DNA of 64,000 nucleotides from IMG/VR virus record IMGVR_UViG_3300023119_000021; one strand, given 5' to 3'. Origin of the DNA: an uncultured virus (IMG/VR IMGVR_UViG_3300023119_000021). Its lineage: Duplodnaviria > Heunggongvirae > Uroviricota > Caudoviricetes > Crassvirales. Shown in pieces: positions 56,501 to 64,000 of the stretch. The position numbers and the translations under genes were made by a program. A model generated the notes under the pieces. That model made no database searches, was not told where the DNA came from, and saw only the letters and a list, made by a program, of their open reading frames with translations. Numbering within the stretch: the stretch's first letter is position 1; each line of letters starts with the position of its first letter.

Positions 56501-58503
56501 AAATAGAAAACCAAATCAATGAGATACTTAACAAGGCTGAAGACAATAAATATATTGTAAAAGGTAAGGATGGTCGAATAGATAAGGATATTCTTAGAAG
56601 AAGAAAAGATGTTCCAGCAGAGCTTCGTGCTTTAATGGGAGAGGTAACTAACCCACTTGAAAACTATCAAAACACTGTTGCTAAGCAAGCGATGCTTTTG
56701 TTTAATTATAAGTTTCAAAGAAAGATTGCACAATCAGGATCAAACACTTTTTTCACAAAAAGTCCTACTAAAGAAAATACAGTTCAAATAGTAAAAGAAG
56801 GTAATGAGGCTTATCCAGAACTTGCTGGACTTTGGACTACACCAGAGATTGCAAAAACATTTGAGATGCCAAATCCAATGAATGGTCATTATGATGCGTT
56901 TGTAAAATTCAGTAGTGCTATCAAGTGGGGTAAAACTGTTGGGTCTATTGCTACTCATGCTAAAAACATTTTAGGTAATCATGGTTTTCTTTTAATGAAT
57001 GGTCATTTAGACTGGAATGAAGTTAAAAATGCTTCGGATTTAGTAATAAAAGAATTTAGAGGTAAAACAAACGAAGAGCAAAGAGCTTATTTGGATGAAC
57101 TTATTTCTCTTGGTATCGTAAAACAAAGCACAACACTTGGAGACATTACATCAATGTATGGAGATAAATCTTTTGAAGAAGCATATAAGAGAACCATTAT
57201 AGATCAGGCTAGAAATGTAGCTTCTAAAAAGGAAAAACTATCAGATTTATTCAGAGAAAGTAAAGCTGGAAAAACGACAAAAGCTTTGGTTGACAAATTA
57301 AATGATGCTTATCAGTCAGAAGATGATTTCTTTAAGATTATGGCTTATGGTATAGAAAAACAGAGATACGCTAAAGCTCTATTTGGAAAAGATAAGGCAG
57401 ATTTAACAAAAGCGGAATCTGATCAGGTTAATGAAGTTGTATCTGAGATTGTAAAAAATACATATCCAACGTATGATAGAGTACCTCCTATAATCAAAAG
57501 ACTTGGTAGGAGTCCATTACTAGGTGCATTTGTTTCGTTTAGAGCAGAGTCAATTAGAACTGCCTTCAATACTTACAAAATAGCATTGGACGAAGTAAAT
57601 TCTAAAAACAAAGAAGTTGCTAAAATAGGAGCCAAAAGACTTGCGAGTGCTGGACTGTATACTGGGCTAAAAGTGACCCTAGCTACTCAACTTGGTCTTG
57701 CTGCTACATCTTTTATATTTGGAGGAGAAGATGATGAATCAGAAGAATATAATGATTTAAGGAAGTTTGTTGCGAAATGGTCTCAAGATTCTCTGATTGC
57801 AATTACAAACAAGGAGCCTGGAAAATACACTTTTATAGATCTAACGGCAAATGATCCACACTCATTTTTGTCTGAGTTAATAATAGCAGGTAGAGATGAT
57901 AATGATTCGACTCCGCTTCTTATAGATAAGCTTGTGGCTTTAGGGGAGCCGTTTTTAGGTAAAGATTTAGTTTTTTCTTTTGCTTCTGAATCTTATCTCG
58001 TTTATGAAGATAAAAAATTAACGTCATCTGAAAAGGCTGACAAGATTATGAATAAGTTTTTCAAGTTAATACAACCAGGAACAATAACAACTGCAATAAG
58101 ATTACAAAAAGCGGCGAGTGGTAATGATAATAATGTTTTTAATGAAGGAATCGGAGCTTTTACTGGATATAGACCTGTCGATGTAGATGTCCAAAAATCA
58201 TATTTATTTAGAGCTATAGACTTGAAAGAAAGAAAAACTGCGCTCAATGGTAGATATAATAGAGTTAGATACAATGAAAAATCAACTGAGGTTGAGTTAG
58301 AAAAAGCGTATGAGGAGGTTAACAGAGATTATTCTCAAATGATTAAAGAAGCTCAGGAATTAACTCAGTCAGCAATAAGATTGGGTGTTGACTCAGGTGA
58401 AATAGTTAATATTCTTAAAAAGAATGGATTCAGCCGTAGAGACATAGCATTTATTCTGAGTCAAGACGAATACACATACATTCCAACTAAAATGCGTCAA
58501 TAA
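53569..58503 (+). CDS. Large internal virion/ejection protein
   Basis: 1644 aa, last late gene; helical; YQSEDDFFK, NTYPTY, FVSFRAE motifs recurrent in podovirus core proteins. Confidence 0.7.
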   Translation: MTQDKKYTKSEFISSIRSKYPQYSNIDDETLYNKIIEKYPVYEDQIEKQEEVLKKKENQDSTLEEKDLDFTLVQDSSDIKKKVSEEDYDKGYFEFDDRFSAGANEVMASISRIPVFIAEQVATAYSYFDDDFKEQLNSMSREERDLALSGAVDAVPKIIGGQNLSVMDSTKASEEYTKEAEKIRSSFDTFDTSITEDIAAGDLGQAAGRLFNEAAGAVPSMIQAMVPYVGIASIGIGSAAQKSKELQDKGEDLNWRTSTNSIVSGTAEGLADLVTKKIGGRFFNSIAGKGKDYTVKALKSFAKDFGIDFVEEGASETGSLLVSKLADYAISGDEEAFTNTLYEFTDTFLVGGFATGPLSTGKIGIDITRQNIRRKNINNKIKDSKYKSLSDAFSKTNMDEIDSDQIDVAKTKGSKEALEFDLAEKVKNKIITKEDADSRIKAFEEVSELAEKTDGLELTKEKEKTAIELLREKMRLEKTIEGKDENLVAPQKKRIDEINDQLSKVQQEEAVEEVTEQETTEEVVAEELVKPELEPKLTYQTSNQTQVTVDESGKFQEAVDLKTGKKRTKETARKAQNELIAQRDYTTGKSAFDGVPEGQDVGDPSQFIANESENAQEIAQEYKRKKEEQGIIDPVIDAFLGKYIVSRESLKDYYGSTDDLKLIRAYTNKKKGKTAMPLDVIAMQVSEEVGREVTPAELFDIMIDPKYKSNSAPKEADIVTELRNRFIEITGFDGTDAQINAIAEQDPSKLKPFREPIEVAQEQAAKQEELQVEEKVEQAEEQAKAEREAAVEPKTEGISSRVLDAFKKTRDFLKKQVKIHFTAQGLQPDIIYKERQKRDAKIRMYQNRIDQMRKNINSALKKIPKDQRDSVMKEFDQVFRGQVKSKDSNLSLDMRILADRMRMEIDGLSTMIIESGYFDTKEGLEAVQKNIGSYVNRSYRLFSDSNWANKVSEEVKENARRFFRRQAIQEGRTVSEQEIENQINEILNKAEDNKYIVKGKDGRIDKDILRRRKDVPAELRALMGEVTNPLENYQNTVAKQAMLLFNYKFQRKIAQSGSNTFFTKSPTKENTVQIVKEGNEAYPELAGLWTTPEIAKTFEMPNPMNGHYDAFVKFSSAIKWGKTVGSIATHAKNILGNHGFLLMNGHLDWNEVKNASDLVIKEFRGKTNEEQRAYLDELISLGIVKQSTTLGDITSMYGDKSFEEAYKRTIIDQARNVASKKEKLSDLFRESKAGKTTKALVDKLNDAYQSEDDFFKIMAYGIEKQRYAKALFGKDKADLTKAESDQVNEVVSEIVKNTYPTYDRVPPIIKRLGRSPLLGAFVSFRAESIRTAFNTYKIALDEVNSKNKEVAKIGAKRLASAGLYTGLKVTLATQLGLAATSFIFGGEDDESEEYNDLRKFVAKWSQDSLIAITNKEPGKYTFIDLTANDPHSFLSELIIAGRDDNDSTPLLIDKLVALGEPFLGKDLVFSFASESYLVYEDKKLTSSEKADKIMNKFFKLIQPGTITTAIRLQKAASGNDNNVFNEGIGAFTGYRPVDVDVQKSYLFRAIDLKERKTALNGRYNRVRYNEKSTEVELEKAYEEVNRDYSQMIKEAQELTQSAIRLGVDSGEIVNILKKNGFSRRDIAFILSQDEYTYIPTKMRQ

Positions 58504-58580
58504 AAAAAGACCCAGCTACTATCTTCACTGGGTCATTCTCGTTCGAAAATTTTTGATAGGAATCACCACAACCCTATCGT
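58502..58580 (-). ncRNA. Putative two-hairpin sRNA with its own promoter and terminator
   Basis: TTTG (58615-58612), N20, TACTTTAG (58591-58584); GATAGG-GTTGTGGTGATT-CCTATC; GACCCAG-TGAAGATAGTAG-CTGGGTC-T7. Confidence 0.6.
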
Positions 58581-58612
58581 TAGCTAAAGTATAAAAAGTT
58601 TTTTTATATAAC

Positions 58613-58643
58613 AAAAAAAGAGCCAGAAATTATTTCCAGCTCT
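58613..58643 (-). terminator. Intrinsic terminator of the right-arm operon
   Basis: AGAGC-TGGAAATAATTTCTG-GCTCT plus T-run; an extra hairpin GTGAGA..TCTCAC lies at 58669-58698. Confidence 0.7.
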
Positions 58644-58716
58644 ATTAAAATAAAAAAAATCTAGAAATGTGAGACGATCTTAGAGAGATCTTTCTCACTT
58701 AATGAACACTGTAAAC

Positions 58717-59184
58717 CTACAATATATTTTTTAAAATTGCAATAGTTTCGTCACAATCTTTTTGATTTCGTGGCATAAATAGGTTTGTTTGTATTCCTTC
58801 CCTAACTAAATGCATCTTGAACAGCTTCCATCTGATAGGAAAGCTTTCGTTTGGGTTACCCTTTGTCTCTATTATGAATCGTGGTGGATCTTGTACGTCT
58901 ATGAAGTCTGGAGTATACTTGATGCCTAACAACTTCTTATTACCTCTGTCGTGTAGTATTTTCTTAGACTTAGTCTTCTCATAGGAAGCCATAGGAAAGT
59001 TGCAACCGTTGATGATAGTGAACGTTTTGCCTTCATACTCATTTTTAATCTTAGCCTTCTTCAGAGCTCTGTACATGTAAAGCTCAAGCTTAGAGGCAAA
59101 TTCAATACCATCTTCCTTAACCTTTGTAGATCTGGTGATCTGTCTTCTCTTAGTAGTCTTCCTCCTCCTCATCGTCCATTTCAA
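58717..59184 (-). CDS. Endonuclease, T7 endonuclease I/DUF1064-like
   Basis: DGIEFASKLE, YTPDF, IIETKG. Confidence 0.85.
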   Translation of the reverse strand: MKWTMRRRKTTKRRQITRSTKVKEDGIEFASKLELYMYRALKKAKIKNEYEGKTFTIINGCNFPMASYEKTKSKKILHDRGNKKLLGIKYTPDFIDVQDPPRFIIETKGNPNESFPIRWKLFKMHLVREGIQTNLFMPRNQKDCDETIAILKNIL

Positions 59185-59623
59185 TTACAGATATCACATC
59201 ATCAATCAGGAGTATGTCCCTGAAAAATTCTACAGCTTCCTCATGGCTTTCCCCTAAGTATTCCTCCCAAGTTCTGTTTCCTTCACCCATGAGATCATTC
59301 TTTGTGAATACAGTGTATCTTTTATAGTTGTTTATTTTATTATAGAACAGTATGTCTTTAAGGTTCTCCCAGAAGTAAGGATACTCTATAAGGCAAACCA
59401 ATGCTTGTCTATCATCAATCCCCAACCTGTCGGCAAGCCAGAAGACTTCAATATCAGATATTGTTTCTATGAATATATCCAAGTCTTTTTTGACGTAAAC
59501 GTAAAAGTAGTTATCATCGATAGTAGAGTAGTCAATAACTTCCTTCATGATGGTAAAGACCCTAACAGCCTCCTCCAGGTCAAGAGGTCTATTAAATACT
59601 ATTTTCTTTGCGTCTAATCTCAT
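59150..59623 (-). CDS. Hypothetical protein
   Basis: 157 aa with an acidic tail. Confidence 0.6.
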   Translation of the reverse strand: MRLDAKKIVFNRPLDLEEAVRVFTIMKEVIDYSTIDDNYFYVYVKKDLDIFIETISDIEVFWLADRLGIDDRQALVCLIEYPYFWENLKDILFYNKINNYKRYTVFTKNDLMGEGNRTWEEYLGESHEEAVEFFRDILLIDDVISVIEMDDEEEEDY

Positions 59624-59828
59624 CTATAGCTCTTTGCAGGTAGAGAACCTGATCCATCGCTTCCTCCTTAGCGTGTTGCAACCACTGCAACAAAGATAGG
59701 TCATTTTCCGCAAGAGTGGTTCCATATTTTTTAAAACCAACAGCGCTTCTTCTTTTAAATTCGTGTATAGTTTTTACAACGACAGGATCTCTTTTCCAGT
59801 CTTCAAAGTCAAATCTATCCATCTTCAT
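59592..59828 (-). CDS. Small all-alpha protein, MazG/NTP-pyrophosphatase-like (tentative)
   Basis: RS.VG.KKYGTTL...WLQHAKEEAMD..LY. Confidence 0.55.
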   Translation of the reverse strand: MKMDRFDFEDWKRDPVVVKTIHEFKRRSAVGFKKYGTTLAENDLSLLQWLQHAKEEAMDQVLYLQRAIDEIRRKENSI

Positions 59829-60024
59829 TCGTGTTCCCAGAATCTTTGAGTATATTCTCCTTGAGTTGATCTACTGCTTCCTGGTATCCGTCCATTAATT
59901 TTAAAGTCTCGAGCGTCCCAATCGAGAGGTCTTTTAAGTTTTGCATCTGACTTAGGATTGCGTTTTGCATCCCCACCATGTTTTTTACTTGATTCTCCAT
60001 TTGAATCAATCTGCTTTCCTTCAT
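59815..60024 (-). CDS. Hypothetical protein
   Basis: 69 aa, helical; A-rich leader. Confidence 0.65.
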   Translation of the reverse strand: MKESRLIQMENQVKNMVGMQNAILSQMQNLKDLSIGTLETLKLMDGYQEAVDQLKENILKDSGNTNEDG

Positions 60025-60092
60025 TTTTTATTGTATTTAATTCGCAAAAGCAACCACCGACATCAAGCCAGCAGTTACATATTCTCATTTGT

Positions 60093-60188
60093 TTATTTGA
60101 ATCCATTGTTTGAGCTGTAAAGAAAGTAAACCCACAAGGCAATGGCTACAATAACTGATATGGCTCTGGCAATGTCAAGTGGTGTCAT
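60093..60188 (-). CDS. TM micro-peptide (31 aa)
   Basis: MTPLDIARAISVIVAIALWVYFLYSSNNGFK; TAATG coupling to the upstream gene. Confidence 0.45.
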   Translation of the reverse strand: MTPLDIARAISVIVAIALWVYFLYSSNNGFK

Positions 60189-61342
60189 TAGAAAAGGTGT
60201 GTTAGTCTCGCCATTTGTCCATGACTTTTTGAATGAATAAATCCTTCAACGGCTTTAGGCGCATGCTGATAACCCTTTCTGTGGTGCCATCCGTCTGTTC
60301 CAGAAGGAGATCGCAAAGCCTCAACAGTAACACCAATAAAATCTTTAGACATCTTGTGATGTATGTGATGTATGTATACATATCTGTTTTTAGCATTCGA
60401 CCAATCTTCACCAGCCTCTTGAGCCATAAGTAGCGGAAGGTCTTGTGGTTTTGCTCCGTCTCCGTGTGTTGTTCCAATGAGATTATTATGGTATCGATAG
60501 TATTTACGATGCGCAATTGAAGTGTCAAAGGTAATATTTTTGCATTTATTATACCACGAGGCTATCGAGTCGGCTAAAAAGAACCCACTCTGATAGTCAT
60601 GGTTGGATGGGTTATACATGAAGTGCACATCTGCAATCTGAAGCAGTGTATCTAAAACGTCAATATAGAGCTTCTTAGCGATTAAAAAGTTGTCATACCA
60701 CATTCCATCAGTATCTTGTGGAGTTCCGCTCGTAGTCGTCCTCTTAGGGGTGTCTATGTGGAGAATATCATTACCTGCGACAAATACAATTTTGTCAATT
60801 GTAAATCCAGAGGCTTTTTGTAGTATTCCTTCGACTCCTGATTTGACTCTTTGAACTGCTATTTGTGAGTTGTAATCCTCTCCTGTTTCGAATGATGAGG
60901 CTAACTTGCCAATATGTACATCAGCAGGATCAATAACAAGTAAACAGCCATCAGGATCGTTGTTTCTGATAATCTTTTCATAATTAAATGCGTGTTGTTT
61001 GATCTCTTCAACATGGTCTTTGAGCATTTGCTCGAATGTAGGTCCACTGTCTTTGCTTGGCTTAAACTGTATGGACCACTTCTTGTCTTTCGACCAGGCT
61101 ATTCCTACGCTTGATATATCAATACCTCTTTCTTCACATGCCTGTGCAAGAGCTGGTTGCTCTTCTATCCTTGTAATCTTCTGTATGTGCTTTGATATAG
61201 ATCTTCTTGTTGACTCTATAGTCTTTTCGTTCGGATCTATCTGTAGGTCTTCATGTATTAGCTTAGCTATATCAGTAAAACCTCTGTGTCCTTGCTTGTA
61301 GTAATCCTCAGCAAGTCTTTTTATTTCTTCAACGTTAATCAT
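60188..61342 (-). CDS. Calcineurin-like metallophosphoesterase (SbcD/Mre11-like)
   Basis: DVHIG, GNDILH, SNHD, THGD, HHIHH motifs. Confidence 0.88.
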   Translation of the reverse strand: MINVEEIKRLAEDYYKQGHRGFTDIAKLIHEDLQIDPNEKTIESTRRSISKHIQKITRIEEQPALAQACEERGIDISSVGIAWSKDKKWSIQFKPSKDSGPTFEQMLKDHVEEIKQHAFNYEKIIRNNDPDGCLLVIDPADVHIGKLASSFETGEDYNSQIAVQRVKSGVEGILQKASGFTIDKIVFVAGNDILHIDTPKRTTTSGTPQDTDGMWYDNFLIAKKLYIDVLDTLLQIADVHFMYNPSNHDYQSGFFLADSIASWYNKCKNITFDTSIAHRKYYRYHNNLIGTTHGDGAKPQDLPLLMAQEAGEDWSNAKNRYVYIHHIHHKMSKDFIGVTVEALRSPSGTDGWHHRKGYQHAPKAVEGFIHSKSHGQMARLTHLF

Positions 61343-61505
61343 CCTTTTTAATTTGATTCTGTAATTTTTCCAGATTTATTTTGAAAGATGCTATTGAAGT
61401 TTTAGTTATTCCAAAGTCAGGTTCGTAGAGAGAGTCGATGATCTGGTCTACACTTTTATGCAGACTAATTCTCAGCCTCTCTATAAACCTCACTCTTTGC
61501 GTCAT
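61335..61505 (-). CDS. Hypothetical protein (56 aa, not in ORF track)
   Basis: MTQRVRFIERLRISLHKSVDQIIDSLYE...; fills the gap with overlaps at both ends. Confidence 0.6.
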   Translation of the reverse strand: MTQRVRFIERLRISLHKSVDQIIDSLYEPDFGITKTSIASFKINLEKLQNQIKKDD

Positions 61506-61807
61506 ACATCCTCATCCATGTGCTGTAAAAACAGATCTCCTACTGATTTGTTAAAAGTCTTTATAGCTCTGTATATTATTCTGGATTTCTTTTTGGTTTC
61601 TCTTTTGTCCTTGAGACTTGAGTCAATCCCAAGTCTTGTATAAAGTAATGTGTCAAGCTCTAACAGTGCATCCATCTTTTCTTTTTCTGTTTTAGTTGTG
61701 TAGCCTGTTACAGTATTACAGAAAGAGTTTACATCCAATTCATGGATATTAAACATCCTCTGTTTTATCTTAGCATATTCTCTATCAAACAATGTATTTT
61801 TTCTCAT
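61502..61807 (-). CDS. Hypothetical protein
   Basis: 101 aa; DALLELD..LYTRLGIDS..SR.IYRAIK. Confidence 0.7.
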   Translation of the reverse strand: MRKNTLFDREYAKIKQRMFNIHELDVNSFCNTVTGYTTKTEKEKMDALLELDTLLYTRLGIDSSLKDKRETKKKSRIIYRAIKTFNKSVGDLFLQHMDEDV

Positions 61808-61817
61808 TTTATCAAAT

Positions 61818-62129
61818 TTAGTTATTATTGCTGAAACTCAAGTACTTATCTTCAGATTTTTTTATTATATCATCATTTGCCATTCTCTTAAAGTAGGTCA
61901 AGTAAATCTCGTAAATTGGTCTCGAGACCTCATGGTTACTGTACGTAACAGGGGATACCATGTTTTTTACAAGCCCATCTTTTTCTATCCTTATGTTTAA
62001 TCTTAACTCATTATTCTTAATCAATTCAGGTTCTATTGTTATTCCATTCACAATACAAAATGCCATAGCATTCTGATGAATCTTGTTAGGATAAAAGTCT
62101 ATTGTCGGTTTTTTCTTAGGTCTTCCCAT
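61818..62129 (-). CDS. Hypothetical protein
   Basis: 103 aa, coupled to the primase-helicase stop. Confidence 0.65.
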   Translation of the reverse strand: MGRPKKKPTIDFYPNKIHQNAMAFCIVNGITIEPELIKNNELRLNIRIEKDGLVKNMVSPVTYSNHEVSRPIYEIYLTYFKRMANDDIIKKSEDKYLSFSNNN

Positions 62130-63922
62130 TAGAATGGTAAATCATCGTTATCTACTGCAAATGCGTCTGATGGAAACATTTTAGGCACCACATCTTCATC
62201 CTTGTCAAACACAAACGTAGGTGGGTTCTGATCCTTTGCATAGTATCTACCAGATACAACATCAAACCTGAAGAACTCCTTTCCATTCATCTCTCCTTGA
62301 AACTTCATCTTGACCTTCTGTGTCACAAACTCGACATCATTTTCATCAATCTTTGAGGCAGGTATTTCTGCAAAGTGCCTATAGATTGTAAAGCCATCGT
62401 GCGTTTGATTCCTGAAGTCAGCAGATCCACTACAATCGTAGAGGGTAGGGAGATCGTATATCCCTGCATCATTCTTGCGCATTTTAGTTGGATGCACCAC
62501 CAGGAATATAATCACATTGTTCATCTGAGCAAACATAGTCAGGTGCGTAAGCACACGCTTTATCTTAGAAAGCTCAGAGTCACTTGACTTATCAAAGTCA
62601 ATTTTATTAAAGGCATCGATTATAAACATATCAACTCCATAGATAAACATCTGCTCCTTGAACTTCTCCATAATCCAACTCCATGTGGGTATCTCTCCTC
62701 TTTCAGGAGCAGTAATGTATATCTTTTCGTTTGCCCACTTAATATATCTATTAATTTCTTCTTTAGTTATCTTGGGTCTGTTGGGGTTGTCTTGCCAAAA
62801 GTTTTTACCAAAAAACTTCTCAATGAATGTTGTTTGGTGTAGAGCCATTGGGTTGTGCTCTGGAGAAAAGAACGATGCCTTGAGGTTGTAGTCTCTGATT
62901 AGGTTGAGTACATACCACTCAGTAAAGTTAGACTTACCATGAGAGGGTATACCTGTAGACACGACCAAGTGTCCTCGCATAACTGTGAAGACGTTATTGA
63001 GATTACCGAAGCACTTGTGTTTTGGATACAGTGTTTCAGGCAATCCGTTGTCGTATAAATCATGTATACCCCCAGCAAGGTCCTCTATGGTAAACGTTCC
63101 TGATGCAGGATACCTTTTACCATTTGCTATTGATTCTTTTACTAAGTCATCCCCTCCATCGATGAGGTCTCCATTGGCATCTTTGTTCTTGAATAAAACC
63201 CTCAAGCATCTGTATCTACCAAGACGCTGTGCTATCTTATCAGCTACAATCTCTCCCTTGTCGTCATTGTCTGTGGCTATATAAAACTTACTTACATCCT
63301 TCAGATACTTCTCGCAGTTTATCCAGAAGTCATCGTTGTCGTTCGCTCCGTTGGGAATGCTTATTGTATTCTTAAATCCACACTGGTGCATAGCTAACAC
63401 ATCAAACTCTCCCTCCACTATAAACACCTCATCTTGACCAATGGCGGCATTGATGTTGTAGAATATTGGTTTTGTTTGTGCTGTTTGTGTAAAATGCTTT
63501 CCTCCTGATCTAAATTTCTTGTTGACCAAAGTATCTCCCTCAAAGTAATTAAAAACAATGTTGTTCATCTTCTTTCCTGCTTGTGGCTGAAAGTATTCCT
63601 CTTCAGTTATACCTAACTCCTTGAGTGTAGACTGACGAATCTTTCTTGACTCACACCATTTAACCATGCCATCAGATAGCTTTGTATAGTTAATCCAGTT
63701 CTGCTCAGGAAGTTTGTACACCTTGTCACGAACCAGAGGCTTCTCGTCTCTTATCGATATGCCATCACAGTGATGACACTTCGCTACACCTTCATTAATA
63801 TTTACACTAAGACATCTGTCAGCTTTGTTCCTTCTTTCAGGAGAGCATGCTGGGCAAACAGTTTTAATCTGACCAGACGTTTTCCCTTTTAGATTTATAT
63901 CGTTCCATTGTATTGTTTTCAT
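62129..63922 (-). CDS. Primase-helicase (T7 gp4/Twinkle-like)
   Basis: Zinc finger CPAC..CHHC, TOPRIM EGEFD/TDNDDKG/KDAN, Walker A TGIPSHGKS, VVHPTK, GSADF; acidic tail DDLPF. Confidence 0.95.
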   Translation of the reverse strand: MKTIQWNDINLKGKTSGQIKTVCPACSPERRNKADRCLSVNINEGVAKCHHCDGISIRDEKPLVRDKVYKLPEQNWINYTKLSDGMVKWCESRKIRQSTLKELGITEEEYFQPQAGKKMNNIVFNYFEGDTLVNKKFRSGGKHFTQTAQTKPIFYNINAAIGQDEVFIVEGEFDVLAMHQCGFKNTISIPNGANDNDDFWINCEKYLKDVSKFYIATDNDDKGEIVADKIAQRLGRYRCLRVLFKNKDANGDLIDGGDDLVKESIANGKRYPASGTFTIEDLAGGIHDLYDNGLPETLYPKHKCFGNLNNVFTVMRGHLVVSTGIPSHGKSNFTEWYVLNLIRDYNLKASFFSPEHNPMALHQTTFIEKFFGKNFWQDNPNRPKITKEEINRYIKWANEKIYITAPERGEIPTWSWIMEKFKEQMFIYGVDMFIIDAFNKIDFDKSSDSELSKIKRVLTHLTMFAQMNNVIIFLVVHPTKMRKNDAGIYDLPTLYDCSGSADFRNQTHDGFTIYRHFAEIPASKIDENDVEFVTQKVKMKFQGEMNGKEFFRFDVVSGRYYAKDQNPPTFVFDKDEDVVPKMFPSDAFAVDNDDLPF

Positions 63923-64000
63923 AGTGTGTTGTTGAATATAGATTTTGGTTTGCCAGTCTTGAGGTTGATGTTATATCTTTTGAGATACCAACTTCTGAAA
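63919..64000 (-). CDS. 3' end of an upstream gene (partial)
   Basis: ...FRSWYLKRYNINLKTGKPKSIFNNTL* with ATGA overlap onto the primase start. Confidence 0.5.
   Translation of the reverse strand, partial: FRSWYLKRYNINLKTGKPKSIFNNTL

Noticed and set aside
59825..60142. 105-aa ORF containing CNC-x6-CFC
   Set aside because: Mostly overlaps the better-supported 59815-60024 gene in another frame; the Cys cluster is curious but unsupported.
1..64000. Stop-codon reassignment as in some crAss-like phages; prophage or integrase
   Set aside because: Genes are intact and densely packed under the standard code with TAA, TAG and TGA all used as stops; no integrase, repressor switch or host genes were seen.

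Overview
The whole window looks like most of the genome of a lytic, podovirus-type tailed phage of Bacteroidota, probably Flavobacteriia. The host call is inferred from Bacteroidota-type TTTG-N20/21-TAnnTTTG promoters, SD-less AT-rich leaders, and a gene set that, from memory, resembles Cellulophaga phi38:1-like marine phages. The left arm (1-8.4 kb, minus strand) holds small early genes, an exonuclease/annealing-protein/SSB module, a C5 DNA methyltransferase and a tRNA-like RNA. A non-coding divergence point at about 8.4-9.0 kb may be the genome ends. The plus-strand late region (9.1-58.5 kb) encodes GroEL/GroES, basic micro-proteins, mosaic LamG and Gly-rich fibres, lysis genes, terminase, portal, scaffold, major capsid protein, tail and ejection proteins. 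The right arm (58.7-64 kb, minus) encodes an endonuclease, a metallophosphoesterase and a T7-gp4-like primase-helicase. The most notable feature is a cassette splitting the tail-nozzle gene. It pairs a GT-A glycosyltransferase, whose motifs resemble plant peptide O-glycosyltransferases (SGT1/HPAT), and a radical-SAM/SPASM enzyme with virion proteins carrying mucin-like poly-Thr tracts: a candidate phage virion O-glycosylation system. Other highlights are a tRNA-like RNA with a branched oversized anticodon arm, two stand-alone sRNA genes (one complementary to early-gene start regions), a 252-codon ORF overprinted in terL, and nested LamG fibres. All family assignments are from motif recognition only; no searches were run.
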